From: Dethiobacter sp.
GTDB taxonomy: Bacteria; Bacillota; Dethiobacteria; DTU022; UBA8154
Reading direction: 5' to 3'
DNA length: 64,000 nt
Assembly: GCA_020725665.1 (NCBI GenBank)
Contig: DYEO01000028.1
Span: 718 to 64,717 of the forward strand
Below are positions 37,901-46,284 of this stretch, one piece after another. The stretch's first letter is position 1. The number at the start of each line of letters is the position of its first letter. A program made the position numbers and the translations under genes. The notes beneath the pieces are model-generated. The model did not search any database and had not been told where the DNA came from. It saw nothing but the letters and a program-made list of their open reading frames with translations.

Positions 37901-38515
37901 GTGAAACTGTTGGAGGAACGAAAAATTGACAGTAACAGGCTGGATGTACTGAAAGAACTGGCTAATATCGGCGTAGGCAATGCCATAACTTCCCTTTCCC
38001 AGTTGCTCTCCGGAGAAAAGGTAGATATGGATGTGCCTGCTGCCTTTCTGCTCCCCCTGCAGGATGTTCCCGCTTCGCTGGAGGGAGAGGAGACCGCCGT
38101 GGTGGGCGTCTATATCGAAGGAAAAGGGGATGTTAATCTTACCATTCTCTTCGTGCTCTCCCTGGAAAGTGCAGCCAACCTGATTTCCGCTTTGCTCCCT
38201 GGTTCTGCAGGCGATTTTGACGAGATGGGTATATCAGTCCTGACGGAGGTTGGCAATATCCTTACCGCTTCCTATCTTAACGCTATCTCCATTATGACCA
38301 ACCTGCAGTTGCTTCCGACCCCTCCCGAAGTGGCTGTGGATATGGCCGGGGCGATCATCTCCACAGTATTGGCTGAAGCCCGTGTCATAGATGATGAGAT
38401 AGTCCTTTTAAAAACTTCATTGAATACCAGGCAAACCCGGATCGAAGGAAGTATTCTTATATTACCCGATGCAGGGGCCCTGGAAAAAATATTCAGAATC
38501 CTGGGGCTGACATGA
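37901..38515 (+). CDS. cheC: CheY-P phosphatase CheC
   Basis: Two CheC repeats (ELANIGVGNAITSLSQLL; LTEVGNILTASYLNAISIMT) with the conserved E/N pattern. Confidence 0.9.
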   Translation: MKLLEERKIDSNRLDVLKELANIGVGNAITSLSQLLSGEKVDMDVPAAFLLPLQDVPASLEGEETAVVGVYIEGKGDVNLTILFVLSLESAANLISALLPGSAGDFDEMGISVLTEVGNILTASYLNAISIMTNLQLLPTPPEVAVDMAGAIISTVLAEARVIDDEIVLLKTSLNTRQTRIEGSILILPDAGALEKIFRILGLT

Positions 38516-39021
38516 TATCTATGATTGTGGATAATACGGAAATCGTTAAAGTTAAGATTGCAGATATGGCCGTGCTTAAAGATAACGGTTTAATCATTAC
38601 AGTGGGTTTGGGTTCTTGTGTGGGAATCTGTCTTTACGATGAGATCAGCAGGGTGGGGGGATTGGCCCATATACTCCTCGCAGAAAGCCAGCAATTTAAA
38701 AGCAGGGATGGCGCCGTGAATAAAGCTAAATTTGCGGATACGGCAATACCCCTTTTGCTGGAGAAGATGGAAAAATTTGGAGGCAAGCGGAGCCGTCTCC
38801 GGTCCAAGATTGCTGGCGGCAGCCAGCTTTTTGTATTTAAAAAAACCAACATCAGCGTGGGAGAGAAAAACGTAGAAACGGTGCGCCGCACCCTGAAGAA
38901 GCTTAATATCCCCGTAGTGGGCGAGGACGTGGGGGGAAGCCACGGCCGGACGATGCGTCTTTATATTGACAGTGGCAGGGTTACCATCTCTACTGTGGGG
39001 AAAGGTGAAATAGAAATATGA
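38512..39021 (+). CDS. cheD: chemoreceptor glutamine deamidase CheD
   Basis: GLGSCVGICLYD (Cys nucleophile) and HILL motifs; ~165 aa. Start overlaps the cheC stop. Confidence 0.92.
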   Translation: MISMIVDNTEIVKVKIADMAVLKDNGLIITVGLGSCVGICLYDEISRVGGLAHILLAESQQFKSRDGAVNKAKFADTAIPLLLEKMEKFGGKRSRLRSKIAGGSQLFVFKKTNISVGEKNVETVRRTLKKLNIPVVGEDVGGSHGRTMRLYIDSGRVTISTVGKGEIEI

Positions 39022-39040
39022 CACCTGGACAGGATAGCAG

Positions 39041-40135
39041 ATGATCAACAAAGAGCAAAAAAAACCTCTTAAAGTAATGGTTGTTGACGATTCGGCGTTT
39101 ATGCGCCGTTTCATCAGTGATATTATCAACAGTGATGCAGATCTGGAACTGGTGGGGACGGCGCGGGACGGTTTGGATGCCCTGCGTAAGCGACAGCAGT
39201 ATGATCCTGATGTGATTACCCTGGACGTGGAGATGCCCAATCTCAATGGCCTGGAGACATTAAAAAGACTTATGCAGGAAAAACCCCTCCCCGTTGTCAT
39301 GGTGAGCAGTCTCACCCGGGAGGGAAACGAGATCACCATTGAAGCCCTTTCCTGCGGGGCGGTGGATTTTGTTACCAAACCGGCAATATTTAAAGGAGAG
39401 AGCACCGCCGCGATCAGGGAGGCACTGACGCTAAAAATAAAGGCCGCTGCGGCGGCACGCCTTTTTCAGTTGCCCGCGGCCCCGCTTGAACCGGTCCAGC
39501 CGGCTGCTTTTACCCCTTTGCCCCTGCAAAAAAGTCCAACCGGACGATTCCCGCGCAATGTGGTAGCCATTGGTGCTTCAACAGGAGGCCCCCGTGCCCT
39601 CGATGTAATTTTTCGCAGTTTTCCCCCCGGTTTGCCTGCTGCTTTTCTGGTTACCCAGCATATGCCTGCCGGTTTTACCGAATCTCTCTCCCGGCGCCTC
39701 AATCTTATCTCCGAGCTGCAGGTCAGGGAGGCCCGTGGAGGGGAAGGCATTAGTGAAGGGGAGGCCTATTTGGCTCCCGGCGGCTATCACCTGGTAGTAA
39801 AGAAGAACGGGGTTACGGAACTCAGCAGTGCCCCTCCCATACAACACGTGCGCCCCTCTGCTGATGTAATGATGGATTCCCTGGCGGAAACCTTCGGCAA
39901 CCTTGTTATTGGTGTGATCCTCACCGGTATGGGACGGGATGGTGCGGACGGCATGTCCCGCATAAAGGAAAAAGGAGGGCGTACCATTTGCCAGGATCCG
40001 TCCACGGCCGTGATCTCCAGTATGCCCCAGGCCGTGATTAATGATGGTATGGCCGATCTTGTTGTTCCCCTGGAGCAGGTGGGTTCGACAATTGTACGCT
40101 TGCTTCGCGGATACACACTGAAGGAGAGAATTTAG
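39041..40135 (+). CDS. cheB: chemotaxis methylesterase/response regulator CheB
   Basis: N-terminal REC (VMVVDDSAFMRR...LDVEMP) plus C-terminal methylesterase (GASTGGP, TQHMPAGFT, catalytic Ser/His/Asp context). Confidence 0.95.
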   Translation: MINKEQKKPLKVMVVDDSAFMRRFISDIINSDADLELVGTARDGLDALRKRQQYDPDVITLDVEMPNLNGLETLKRLMQEKPLPVVMVSSLTREGNEITIEALSCGAVDFVTKPAIFKGESTAAIREALTLKIKAAAAARLFQLPAAPLEPVQPAAFTPLPLQKSPTGRFPRNVVAIGASTGGPRALDVIFRSFPPGLPAAFLVTQHMPAGFTESLSRRLNLISELQVREARGGEGISEGEAYLAPGGYHLVVKKNGVTELSSAPPIQHVRPSADVMMDSLAETFGNLVIGVILTGMGRDGADGMSRIKEKGGRTICQDPSTAVISSMPQAVINDGMADLVVPLEQVGSTIVRLLRGYTLKERI

Positions 40136-40136
40136 C

Positions 40137-40923
40137 TTGAAAAACGAATGGGACTATAGTGAATTTAAAGTGGCTTTTTTTCGACGCACCGGGCTGGATT
40201 TGAACCTTTATAAAGACAAGCAGATGGAAAGGCGTATCCGCCAGCTGATGCAGCGGGAAAAAAAACCCGGTTTTAAGGAGTTCTATGATTACCTTGCTTC
40301 GTCAACGACAGCCATGACTTTTTTTTTTCAATTACCTTACGATCAACACTTCAGAATTTTTTCGTGATGAGAAGATTTACAGCCTGCTGGAGGCGGAGAT
40401 TTTTCCGGAAATTATCCATAAAATTACAGGGAAGCTGATTGCCTGGAGTGCCGGTTGCTCCATTGGCGCAGAGCCGTATACGGTGGCGATTATCCTGGAT
40501 CGATTAAAAGTCCTTTCCCGGTCGGAGATCCACGCTACCGACATGGATGATAAAGCCCTGCTGGCGGCGCAGCAAGGCTGCTACAACCAGAAACAGTTGG
40601 GCAAGACACCATCCCATGTGGTGGAAAAATATTTCACCCGGGAAAAGGATATCTACTGTGTGAAGCCCGAAATCCGCAAAGCAGTCCATTACCGGCGGCA
40701 TAACCTGCTTACGGATGACCCTATCGCCAAATGCCACATCATTTTCTGCCGTAATGTTTTTATTTACTTTAAACCGGAAACGCAGCATTTTCTCCTGGAG
40801 CGTTTTTCCCGGGTCCTCAACCCCGGGGGATTCATGGTTATTGGCTCGGCCGAGTACATCGGCAACCCGTCACAATACTCCTTCAGCAAACGCTACAACA
40901 CCATTTTCCAAAAAAACAGTTGA
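40137..40923 (+). pseudogene. cheR: chemotaxis methyltransferase CheR, interrupted by +1 frameshift in a T10 homopolymer
   Basis: N-part in frame 0 (…ASSTTAMTFFF then stop at 40367). The rest continues in frame +1 from 40330: NYLTINTSEFFRDEKIY...LIAWSAGCSIGAEPYTVAIIL...VFIYFKPE. Nine Ts instead of ten would restore TAMTFFFNYLTINTSEFFRD. Confidence 0.85.
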
Positions 40924-41665
40924 CAATTGACGTATGCCCAGCCAAAGGCTGCTTTGCCGACGACCTAATCGTACTCATCAACTGGCATCCGTCAAACAAT
41001 TGGCTCGTGAAAGCAGTAACCCGCAGAATCAAGGAAGAACTGGAGAAGCTTCAGGTAGAATTGAACCAGGAAAAGAGCAAAGTGGCAGACCTCACCAAAG
41101 GGGAAAGCTTCATCTTCCTGGGCTTTGAGTTCCGTAGAATAAGGAGCAGAAGTGGAAAATGGAGACCCTACTACACACCAAAACAGGAGAAGCGCAAGAA
41201 GCTAATCACGGAACTTCAGGAGATATTCAGCAAGTATACTTCGCAGCCCGTGGGGAAAATAATTGAGGAAATAAATCCGAAACTACGGGGATATTGCAAC
41301 TACTATCGCATCGGACAATCGGCGCGTTGTTTCAGCTACATCAGGCAATGGGTGATGAAGAAAGTATGCAGGCACCTGCAAAGAGCAAGAGGACGCTCGG
41401 GGTTTGGCTGGAAAAGGTGGAGCTCGGCGTATATCTATGAAGTGCTCGGACTGTATAAAGACTACAAGCTGAAAAGATATATCCCGGCAGCCGGACCGGC
41501 AGAGAGGACACATAAACCTTGTTATGAAGCCAATAGGTAAGCCCGGTGCGGGAAAACCGCACGCCGGGCTTGAAGAGGCGGAAATAGAGTAAGGCAGGAT
41601 ATTGAGGCACTGTCAACCGAAAGGGACAGCAAACAGACTAGGTCTGCCTAAGCCACTACGCCAGT
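40920..41665 (+). mobile_element. 5'-truncated group II intron remnant: RT from motif 5 onward, maturase (X) domain, and domain V
   Basis: ORF 40920-41540 carries FADDLIVLI (the RT YADD box) and a maturase region (PKLRGYCNYYRIGQSARCFSYIRQWVMKKVCRHL). 41539-41571 folds as canonical domain V: AGC triad, 7-bp plus 5-bp helices, 2-nt CG bulge on the 3' strand, purine-rich loop. No domains I-III or RT motifs 0-4 are present upstream, because cheR occupies that position. Confidence 0.75.
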
Positions 41666-41703
41666 TTTCGACCCTACAGGTTAACAGTGGACAGTTTACA
41701 ATT

Positions 41704-41787
41704 GTAGGGGCGGGTCTCTGCGCCCGCCCGTGTAGGGGCGGGTCTCTGCGCCCGCCCGTGTAGGGGCGGCTGCTCACAGCCGCCCGC
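41704..41787. repeat. three tandem REP-like GC palindromes (two identical 27-nt units plus a variant)
   Basis: tGTAGGGGCGGGtctctgcgCCCGCCCg occurs twice, followed by tGTAGGGGCGGCTGctcaCAGCCGCCCgcc. Confidence 0.7.
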
Positions 41788-41808
41788 CAACATCCAACCT
41801 CTAACATC
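41788..41808. repeat. short tandem heptamer repeat CAACATC/CAACCTC/TAACATC
   Basis: Three heptamers directly after the REP triplet and before the tautomerase RBS. Confidence 0.55.
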
Positions 41809-41831
41809 AGCCTTTTGGAGGAGGTGATAAG

Positions 41832-42017
41832 ATGCCCACCATATTTTTTTACGGCCCGGAACTGGATCTGGAGAAGAGACGGGAACTGGTACAATCATTC
41901 ACAAAGAAAGCGAGCGAACTTACCGGCATACCGGAGCAGGCCTTTGTCGTTTATCTGCGCCCCAGCGACCAGGAACATGTGGGGGTAGGCGGCATGCTTC
42001 TTTCGGACCGGAAGTAG
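41832..42017 (+). CDS. 4-oxalocrotonate tautomerase family enzyme (Pro-1 tautomerase)
   Basis: 61 aa starting MPTIFFYG (catalytic N-terminal Pro after Met removal), the size and pattern of the 4-OT family. GGAGGAGG SD. Confidence 0.75.
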   Translation: MPTIFFYGPELDLEKRRELVQSFTKKASELTGIPEQAFVVYLRPSDQEHVGVGGMLLSDRK

Positions 42018-42041
42018 CGACCTGCTATCCAAAAGTCTAAA

Positions 42042-42100
42042 GGAAAAACCAGGGTGGCACCTGCCGTAGTGTCAAGTTGTTTCCCACCCTGGTTTTTTTA
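42042..42100. terminator. bidirectional rho-independent terminator
   Basis: AAAAACCAGGGTGG...CCACCCTGGTTTTTTT: 11-bp GC stem with A-run and T-run flanks, between convergent tautomerase and iorB genes. Confidence 0.75.
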
Positions 42101-42141
42101 CTGGCTCCGCCGGTACCTGTTCTTAGCATTCTAAAAAATAT

Positions 42142-42741
42142 CTAGAAGTTTGCCTCCTGCAGGCAGGCCTCCCGCCCCAGGTCAAAGGCCGTGAGGTTGA
42201 CGTCAACCAATTTGGGCGGTACCAGGCCGGCCATGACCTCCCGCAGCAGCTCCGGCTCCAGGGGCGAGCCGCCCTTGGCGGAGAAAGCACCCAGCAGGAC
42301 GGCGTTGGTGGCACGGAAACTGCCGGCCTTGACTGCCAGCGCCTGCATGTCAAAAAGAACGGTGTTAGCCTTGAGGTCTTTAAGGTAACCCTTGATCTCC
42401 GCCTCGTTGTACTTATAGGCCCCGGAAAGCATCTCGTGAGGCGGGACGACGGTGGTATTGATGATAGCCACGCCCCCGGGCTTCAACTTCTTCACCCAGC
42501 GCACCACTTCGAGCATCTCAAAGCCGAGGAGCACTTCGGCTCCACTGTCGGGGACCAGGGGGCTCTTGATCCCGTCGCCGAAACGCAGGTGGCTGACCAC
42601 GGAACCGCCCCGTTGGGCCATGCCCAGAGATTCCGTACTTCTTACCGAGTATCCCTTTTGAATGGCGGCGAGGGAGATTGTCCTGGTTGCGAGGATTGTT
42701 CCCTGTCCCCCCACACCGGATAAAACGATGCTGAACTTCAT
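42142..42741 (-). CDS. iorB: indolepyruvate:ferredoxin oxidoreductase beta subunit IorB
   Basis: ~199 aa, MKFSIVLSGVGGQGTILA, the pyruvate/2-oxoacid:ferredoxin oxidoreductase gamma-like fold. Directly downstream of iorA on the same strand. Confidence 0.85.
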   Translation of the reverse strand: MKFSIVLSGVGGQGTILATRTISLAAIQKGYSVRSTESLGMAQRGGSVVSHLRFGDGIKSPLVPDSGAEVLLGFEMLEVVRWVKKLKPGGVAIINTTVVPPHEMLSGAYKYNEAEIKGYLKDLKANTVLFDMQALAVKAGSFRATNAVLLGAFSAKGGSPLEPELLREVMAGLVPPKLVDVNLTAFDLGREACLQEANF

Positions 42742-44555
42742 TGGGAGACCTCCTTTATTGCCTCAGATGGGCATATTTCACAGCATACCCCGCACCCGGC
42801 ACAGGTGTCGGCAATCTCAACCCCGTCCATGTTAATAATCGCGGGACAACCCAGTTCCTCAATACAGATCTCACATTCTGTGCAGAGATCCTTGTCAATG
42901 GTGAAACGGCGGGTTATCTTGATCCGGTTAACACAGGGGGCGCGGGCGATGACTACGGAGGGTCCTTTGAAGTCCAGGGCCCTTTTAGCTGCTGCCATCA
43001 TCTCCGGCAGGTTATTGGGATCCACAATCTCCAGGTGGGTGACACCCAGGCTTTCCACGATTTTCTCGATTTCCGCTTTGGGAGCATCATCCCCCGTGGC
43101 CGCTTTACCCATCCCCGGGTGGGGCTGGTGTCCGGTCATGGCCGTGGTCTCGTTGTCCAGGATAACCACGGTCACATTACCCTGGTTGTAAACAATGTTT
43201 AAAAGACCGGTCATGCCCGCGTGGAGGAAGGTGCTGTCGCCGATAATGGCCACATGGGGACGCTCCTTCTCCACCAGGGATAGACCGTAGGCTACGGTGA
43301 GGCCTCCGCCCATACAGAGGCAGGTATCGGTGGCATGGAGAGGTGCGGCGTAGCCCAGGGTATAGCAGCCGATGTCGCCGCAGAAAACGGCATCTCCCTT
43401 TGCGCCTGCCTTGGCAAAGGCATAGAAAGCTGCCCGGTGACCGCAACCGGCGCAGAGAATGGGGGGGCGCCCCGGCAGGGTGGGAGCAGCTTTTTCCGTA
43501 ATTTTTTCCGCGGTTTTAAGTTCCTGCCCCAGGAAGGCCTGGATAAAGGAAGCGGCACGGTCCACGTCAAATTCACCGAAACGGGATACTTCGCCCGTGC
43601 GCTTGCCGTATACCTCCACGCCCAGCTTTTCGTTCCAGACCAGCCGCACAACCTGGTCCTCGATTACCGGTTCCTGCTCCTCTATAACGAGGACTTTATC
43701 CACTTTTTTCAAAAATTCACGGGTAGGTTCATCGGGAAGAGGATAGGGGGTGCCGATTTTCAGGAGAGGAGCTTTATAGCCCAGTTGATCCAGGGCTTCC
43801 CTGGCATAATTATAGGATACGCCGGAAGCGATGACGCCCCAGTTTCCCTCGCCCGCCTCGATCCAGTTAAAGGCACTCTGGGAGAATATTTTGGCCGCTT
43901 GCACCTGCTGATCTTCCAGGCGGAAATGGTTACGGGCGGATAATGACGGGAGGATGCACCACTTGGGATCTTTTTGAAACTTGTAATCTTTAACAACCGG
44001 GGTCTTGATTTCTCCCAGCACAACATCGCCGTGGGCATGGGAGGAGCGGGTGGTGGGCCGCACAATTACAGGCAATTTCAAAGCCTCGGAAACTTCAAAG
44101 GCATAAATGGTCATATCCTTGGCTTCCTGTGCCGAAGAAGGCTCCAAAATGGGAAGCTTGGCAAAACTGGCAAATAAGCGCGTATCCTGCTCCGTCTGCG
44201 AGGAGTGGGGCCCGGGATCGTCGGCAACGACCAACACCAAGCCACCTTCAATGCCAATATAAGCAAGGCTCATTACCGCGTCGGAAGCGACGTTCAGGCC
44301 CATCTGCTTCATCGAAGCCATAGCCCTTGCCCCGGCGTAGGAAGCTCCTGCCGCTGTCTCCACCGCTACCTTTTCATTGACGCTCCACTCGGCGTGAAAG
44401 CCGTATTTTTTTGCCCATTGGGCCAGTGTACCCATTATTTCTGAAGAGGGTGTTCCGGGGTAAGAGGCCGCCACGGCAATTCCTGCTTCTACAGCTCCCC
44501 TGGCTATGGCTTCATTCCCCATCATCAAAACCCTTGTGCCTGCCTTTTCTTCCAT
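42738..44555 (-). CDS. iorA: indolepyruvate:ferredoxin oxidoreductase alpha subunit IorA
   Basis: 605 aa with a TPP-binding domain (GDSTFLHAGMTGLLN) and C-terminal 2x[4Fe-4S] ferredoxin motifs (CTECEICIEELGCP; CAGCGVCCEICP). Confidence 0.88.
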   Translation of the reverse strand: MEEKAGTRVLMMGNEAIARGAVEAGIAVAASYPGTPSSEIMGTLAQWAKKYGFHAEWSVNEKVAVETAAGASYAGARAMASMKQMGLNVASDAVMSLAYIGIEGGLVLVVADDPGPHSSQTEQDTRLFASFAKLPILEPSSAQEAKDMTIYAFEVSEALKLPVIVRPTTRSSHAHGDVVLGEIKTPVVKDYKFQKDPKWCILPSLSARNHFRLEDQQVQAAKIFSQSAFNWIEAGEGNWGVIASGVSYNYAREALDQLGYKAPLLKIGTPYPLPDEPTREFLKKVDKVLVIEEQEPVIEDQVVRLVWNEKLGVEVYGKRTGEVSRFGEFDVDRAASFIQAFLGQELKTAEKITEKAAPTLPGRPPILCAGCGHRAAFYAFAKAGAKGDAVFCGDIGCYTLGYAAPLHATDTCLCMGGGLTVAYGLSLVEKERPHVAIIGDSTFLHAGMTGLLNIVYNQGNVTVVILDNETTAMTGHQPHPGMGKAATGDDAPKAEIEKIVESLGVTHLEIVDPNNLPEMMAAAKRALDFKGPSVVIARAPCVNRIKITRRFTIDKDLCTECEICIEELGCPAIINMDGVEIADTCAGCGVCCEICPSEAIKEVSQ

Positions 44556-44804
44556 ATCCAGTTCACCTCCACAAAAATATCAACTTTATTCTCTAGTAGT
44601 GCTCCGGCTTGCGAGTTCCTTTGTTACGACAAATTGCTAAATTTTACCATTAACATGGTACATATTACGCCTCTTTGATCAGTCCTTTCTTAAAAAATGG
44701 ATATAAGTATTTCAGGGGGTTTTTTTAAAGGGCAATGTTAATGTATCTGATTAGCAATCTTTTGTCAAGTATAATGATAATTTTTGTTAGTTTTAGACAA
44801 TACT

Positions 44805-46025
44805 TTATGGAGAAGCTGGAGTAGAGGTTTCAAGCGGTGGGTTTTTGGGCCGGACGAAATAGATAAGGGCGGCCACGATGATGGGAATCACGGTGAGGTT
44901 GAACATGGCACTGTAACCATAGGCATCGGCAACCAGGCCCCAGATAATGGAACCGGCGGCCACCCCGATATCAAAGGCGGTCCAGTAGGTTGCGTTGGCG
45001 CCTCCCCGTTTGGCCGCAGGCACTTTGCTGATGCAGAGGGCTAACATGGTGGGTTGAATAAAGCCGAAACCGATACCGTAAAAGATACCGCTGGCAACCA
45101 GGTACGTTGCCGTGGTTGTTTGCGCCAGGATAGGCATGGCAATAAGCGCGGCCAGGGAGCCGATGATCATAGTGAGATCATAGCCGCTGCGACCCCTGCG
45201 ATCCACGATTAACCCGGAGAGGGGGCGGGTGATCAGGGTGGTCAGGGCCAGCGTGAGAAAAAATATGCCGGCTGAAGTCATTCCCTGCTCACGTACAAAA
45301 AGAGCTAAAAAGGACATAAATGAGCTGTACGTAAAAGTAGTGAAAAGGATGACCATGGCCGGGCGCAAGGCAGATTTTTCCATAATAACGAACCTGAGGT
45401 GCTGTGCCTGCTTTTCCACGGGCGGGTATTTTATCGGCAGCGCCAGCAACAGGGCAGCGAGCGTGAGCACAGAACAGGCGATGAAAAGCACGGGAAAAGA
45501 GAAAGAATCGACGATCCAGAGACCGATACCGGGAGCGATAGCCAGCGAGATGCTGCTGGTAAGGGAAAAAAAGCCCATCCCCTCACCTATCCTGCTCGCT
45601 GGCACAACGTCCGAGGCAATTGTAGGAGAGGCCGTGTTTAAGATTCCCCAGCCGATTCCCTGTACAAAACGAAAGAAAACCAGTGCCGCAACCGGAATCA
45701 TCCAGGTATAGACAACTGTAACTAAAAGGAAGATAAAAAGGCCGCTCAGGTAGATAAGCCTGCGCCCGTAACTGTCCAGGGCCCAACCTGTAACGGGCCG
45801 TATCAAAACGGCGGCCAGCGTCAGGGAACCGAGGGCCAGGCCGGCAATACCCTTACTTCCGCCATACTGCTGGATATAAATGGGCAGGGTGGGGATGAGG
45901 CTGTGAAAGGCAATAAATGTGGTCATAGTTGACAAGCAAATAAGTATAAAACTTGCCGTCCACAGGGGAGCTTTTGCCCCGGGGGAACTTTCTGCTTTGG
46001 TATGGGTCGGGATTTCTGTTTTCAT
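44805..46025 (-). CDS. MFS transporter
   Basis: 12-TM major facilitator pattern with a GxxxDRxGRR-like motif (GWALDSYGRRL). Start taken at MKTEIP. Confidence 0.8.
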   Translation of the reverse strand: MKTEIPTHTKAESSPGAKAPLWTASFILICLSTMTTFIAFHSLIPTLPIYIQQYGGSKGIAGLALGSLTLAAVLIRPVTGWALDSYGRRLIYLSGLFIFLLVTVVYTWMIPVAALVFFRFVQGIGWGILNTASPTIASDVVPASRIGEGMGFFSLTSSISLAIAPGIGLWIVDSFSFPVLFIACSVLTLAALLLALPIKYPPVEKQAQHLRFVIMEKSALRPAMVILFTTFTYSSFMSFLALFVREQGMTSAGIFFLTLALTTLITRPLSGLIVDRRGRSGYDLTMIIGSLAALIAMPILAQTTTATYLVASGIFYGIGFGFIQPTMLALCISKVPAAKRGGANATYWTAFDIGVAAGSIIWGLVADAYGYSAMFNLTVIPIIVAALIYFVRPKNPPLETSTPASP

Positions 46026-46117
46026 AAATTCTCCCTGCTGCAAACATTGGTGCTTATGCCAGACAGTCAAACCGATTATGGACCATTTACAAGAAAGTGT
46101 CAACCCCCTGAAAATGC

Positions 46118-46145
46118 GGAAGTTGGAAGTTAGAAGTTGGAAGGT
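46118..46145. repeat. short tandem heptamer repeat GGAAGTT x4 (degenerate)
   Basis: GGAAGTTGGAAGTTAGAAGTTGGAAGGT. Abuts a REP element. Confidence 0.6.
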
Positions 46146-46146
46146 A

Positions 46147-46176
46147 TGTAGGGGCGGACGACCCTGTCCGCCCGCG
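46147..46176. repeat. REP-like GC palindrome identical to the copy at 10152-10180
   Basis: tGTAGGGGCGGACgaccctGTCCGCCCgcg. Confidence 0.65.
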
Positions 46177-46284
46177 AAGTGGTGGTAACAAGTAAGTTTG
46201 TCTATTTTGACTATTGCCCACTATTAGAACTTATGCTATATTTAACGAAAAACGCGCACTGCGTTGCGCAGGGAGGTAAGGTGG

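Noticed and set aside
40920-41540. Treating the RT/maturase ORF as an intact, functional intron-encoded protein
   Set aside because: The ORF begins within RT block 5 with no upstream RT blocks and no ribozyme domains I-IV, so it is a remnant.
41704-41787. Three direct repeats of 27-28 nt that could be mistaken for a CRISPR array
   Set aside because: The repeats are contiguous with no spacers, are internally palindromic GC hairpins of the REP family seen elsewhere in the window, and no cas genes are present.
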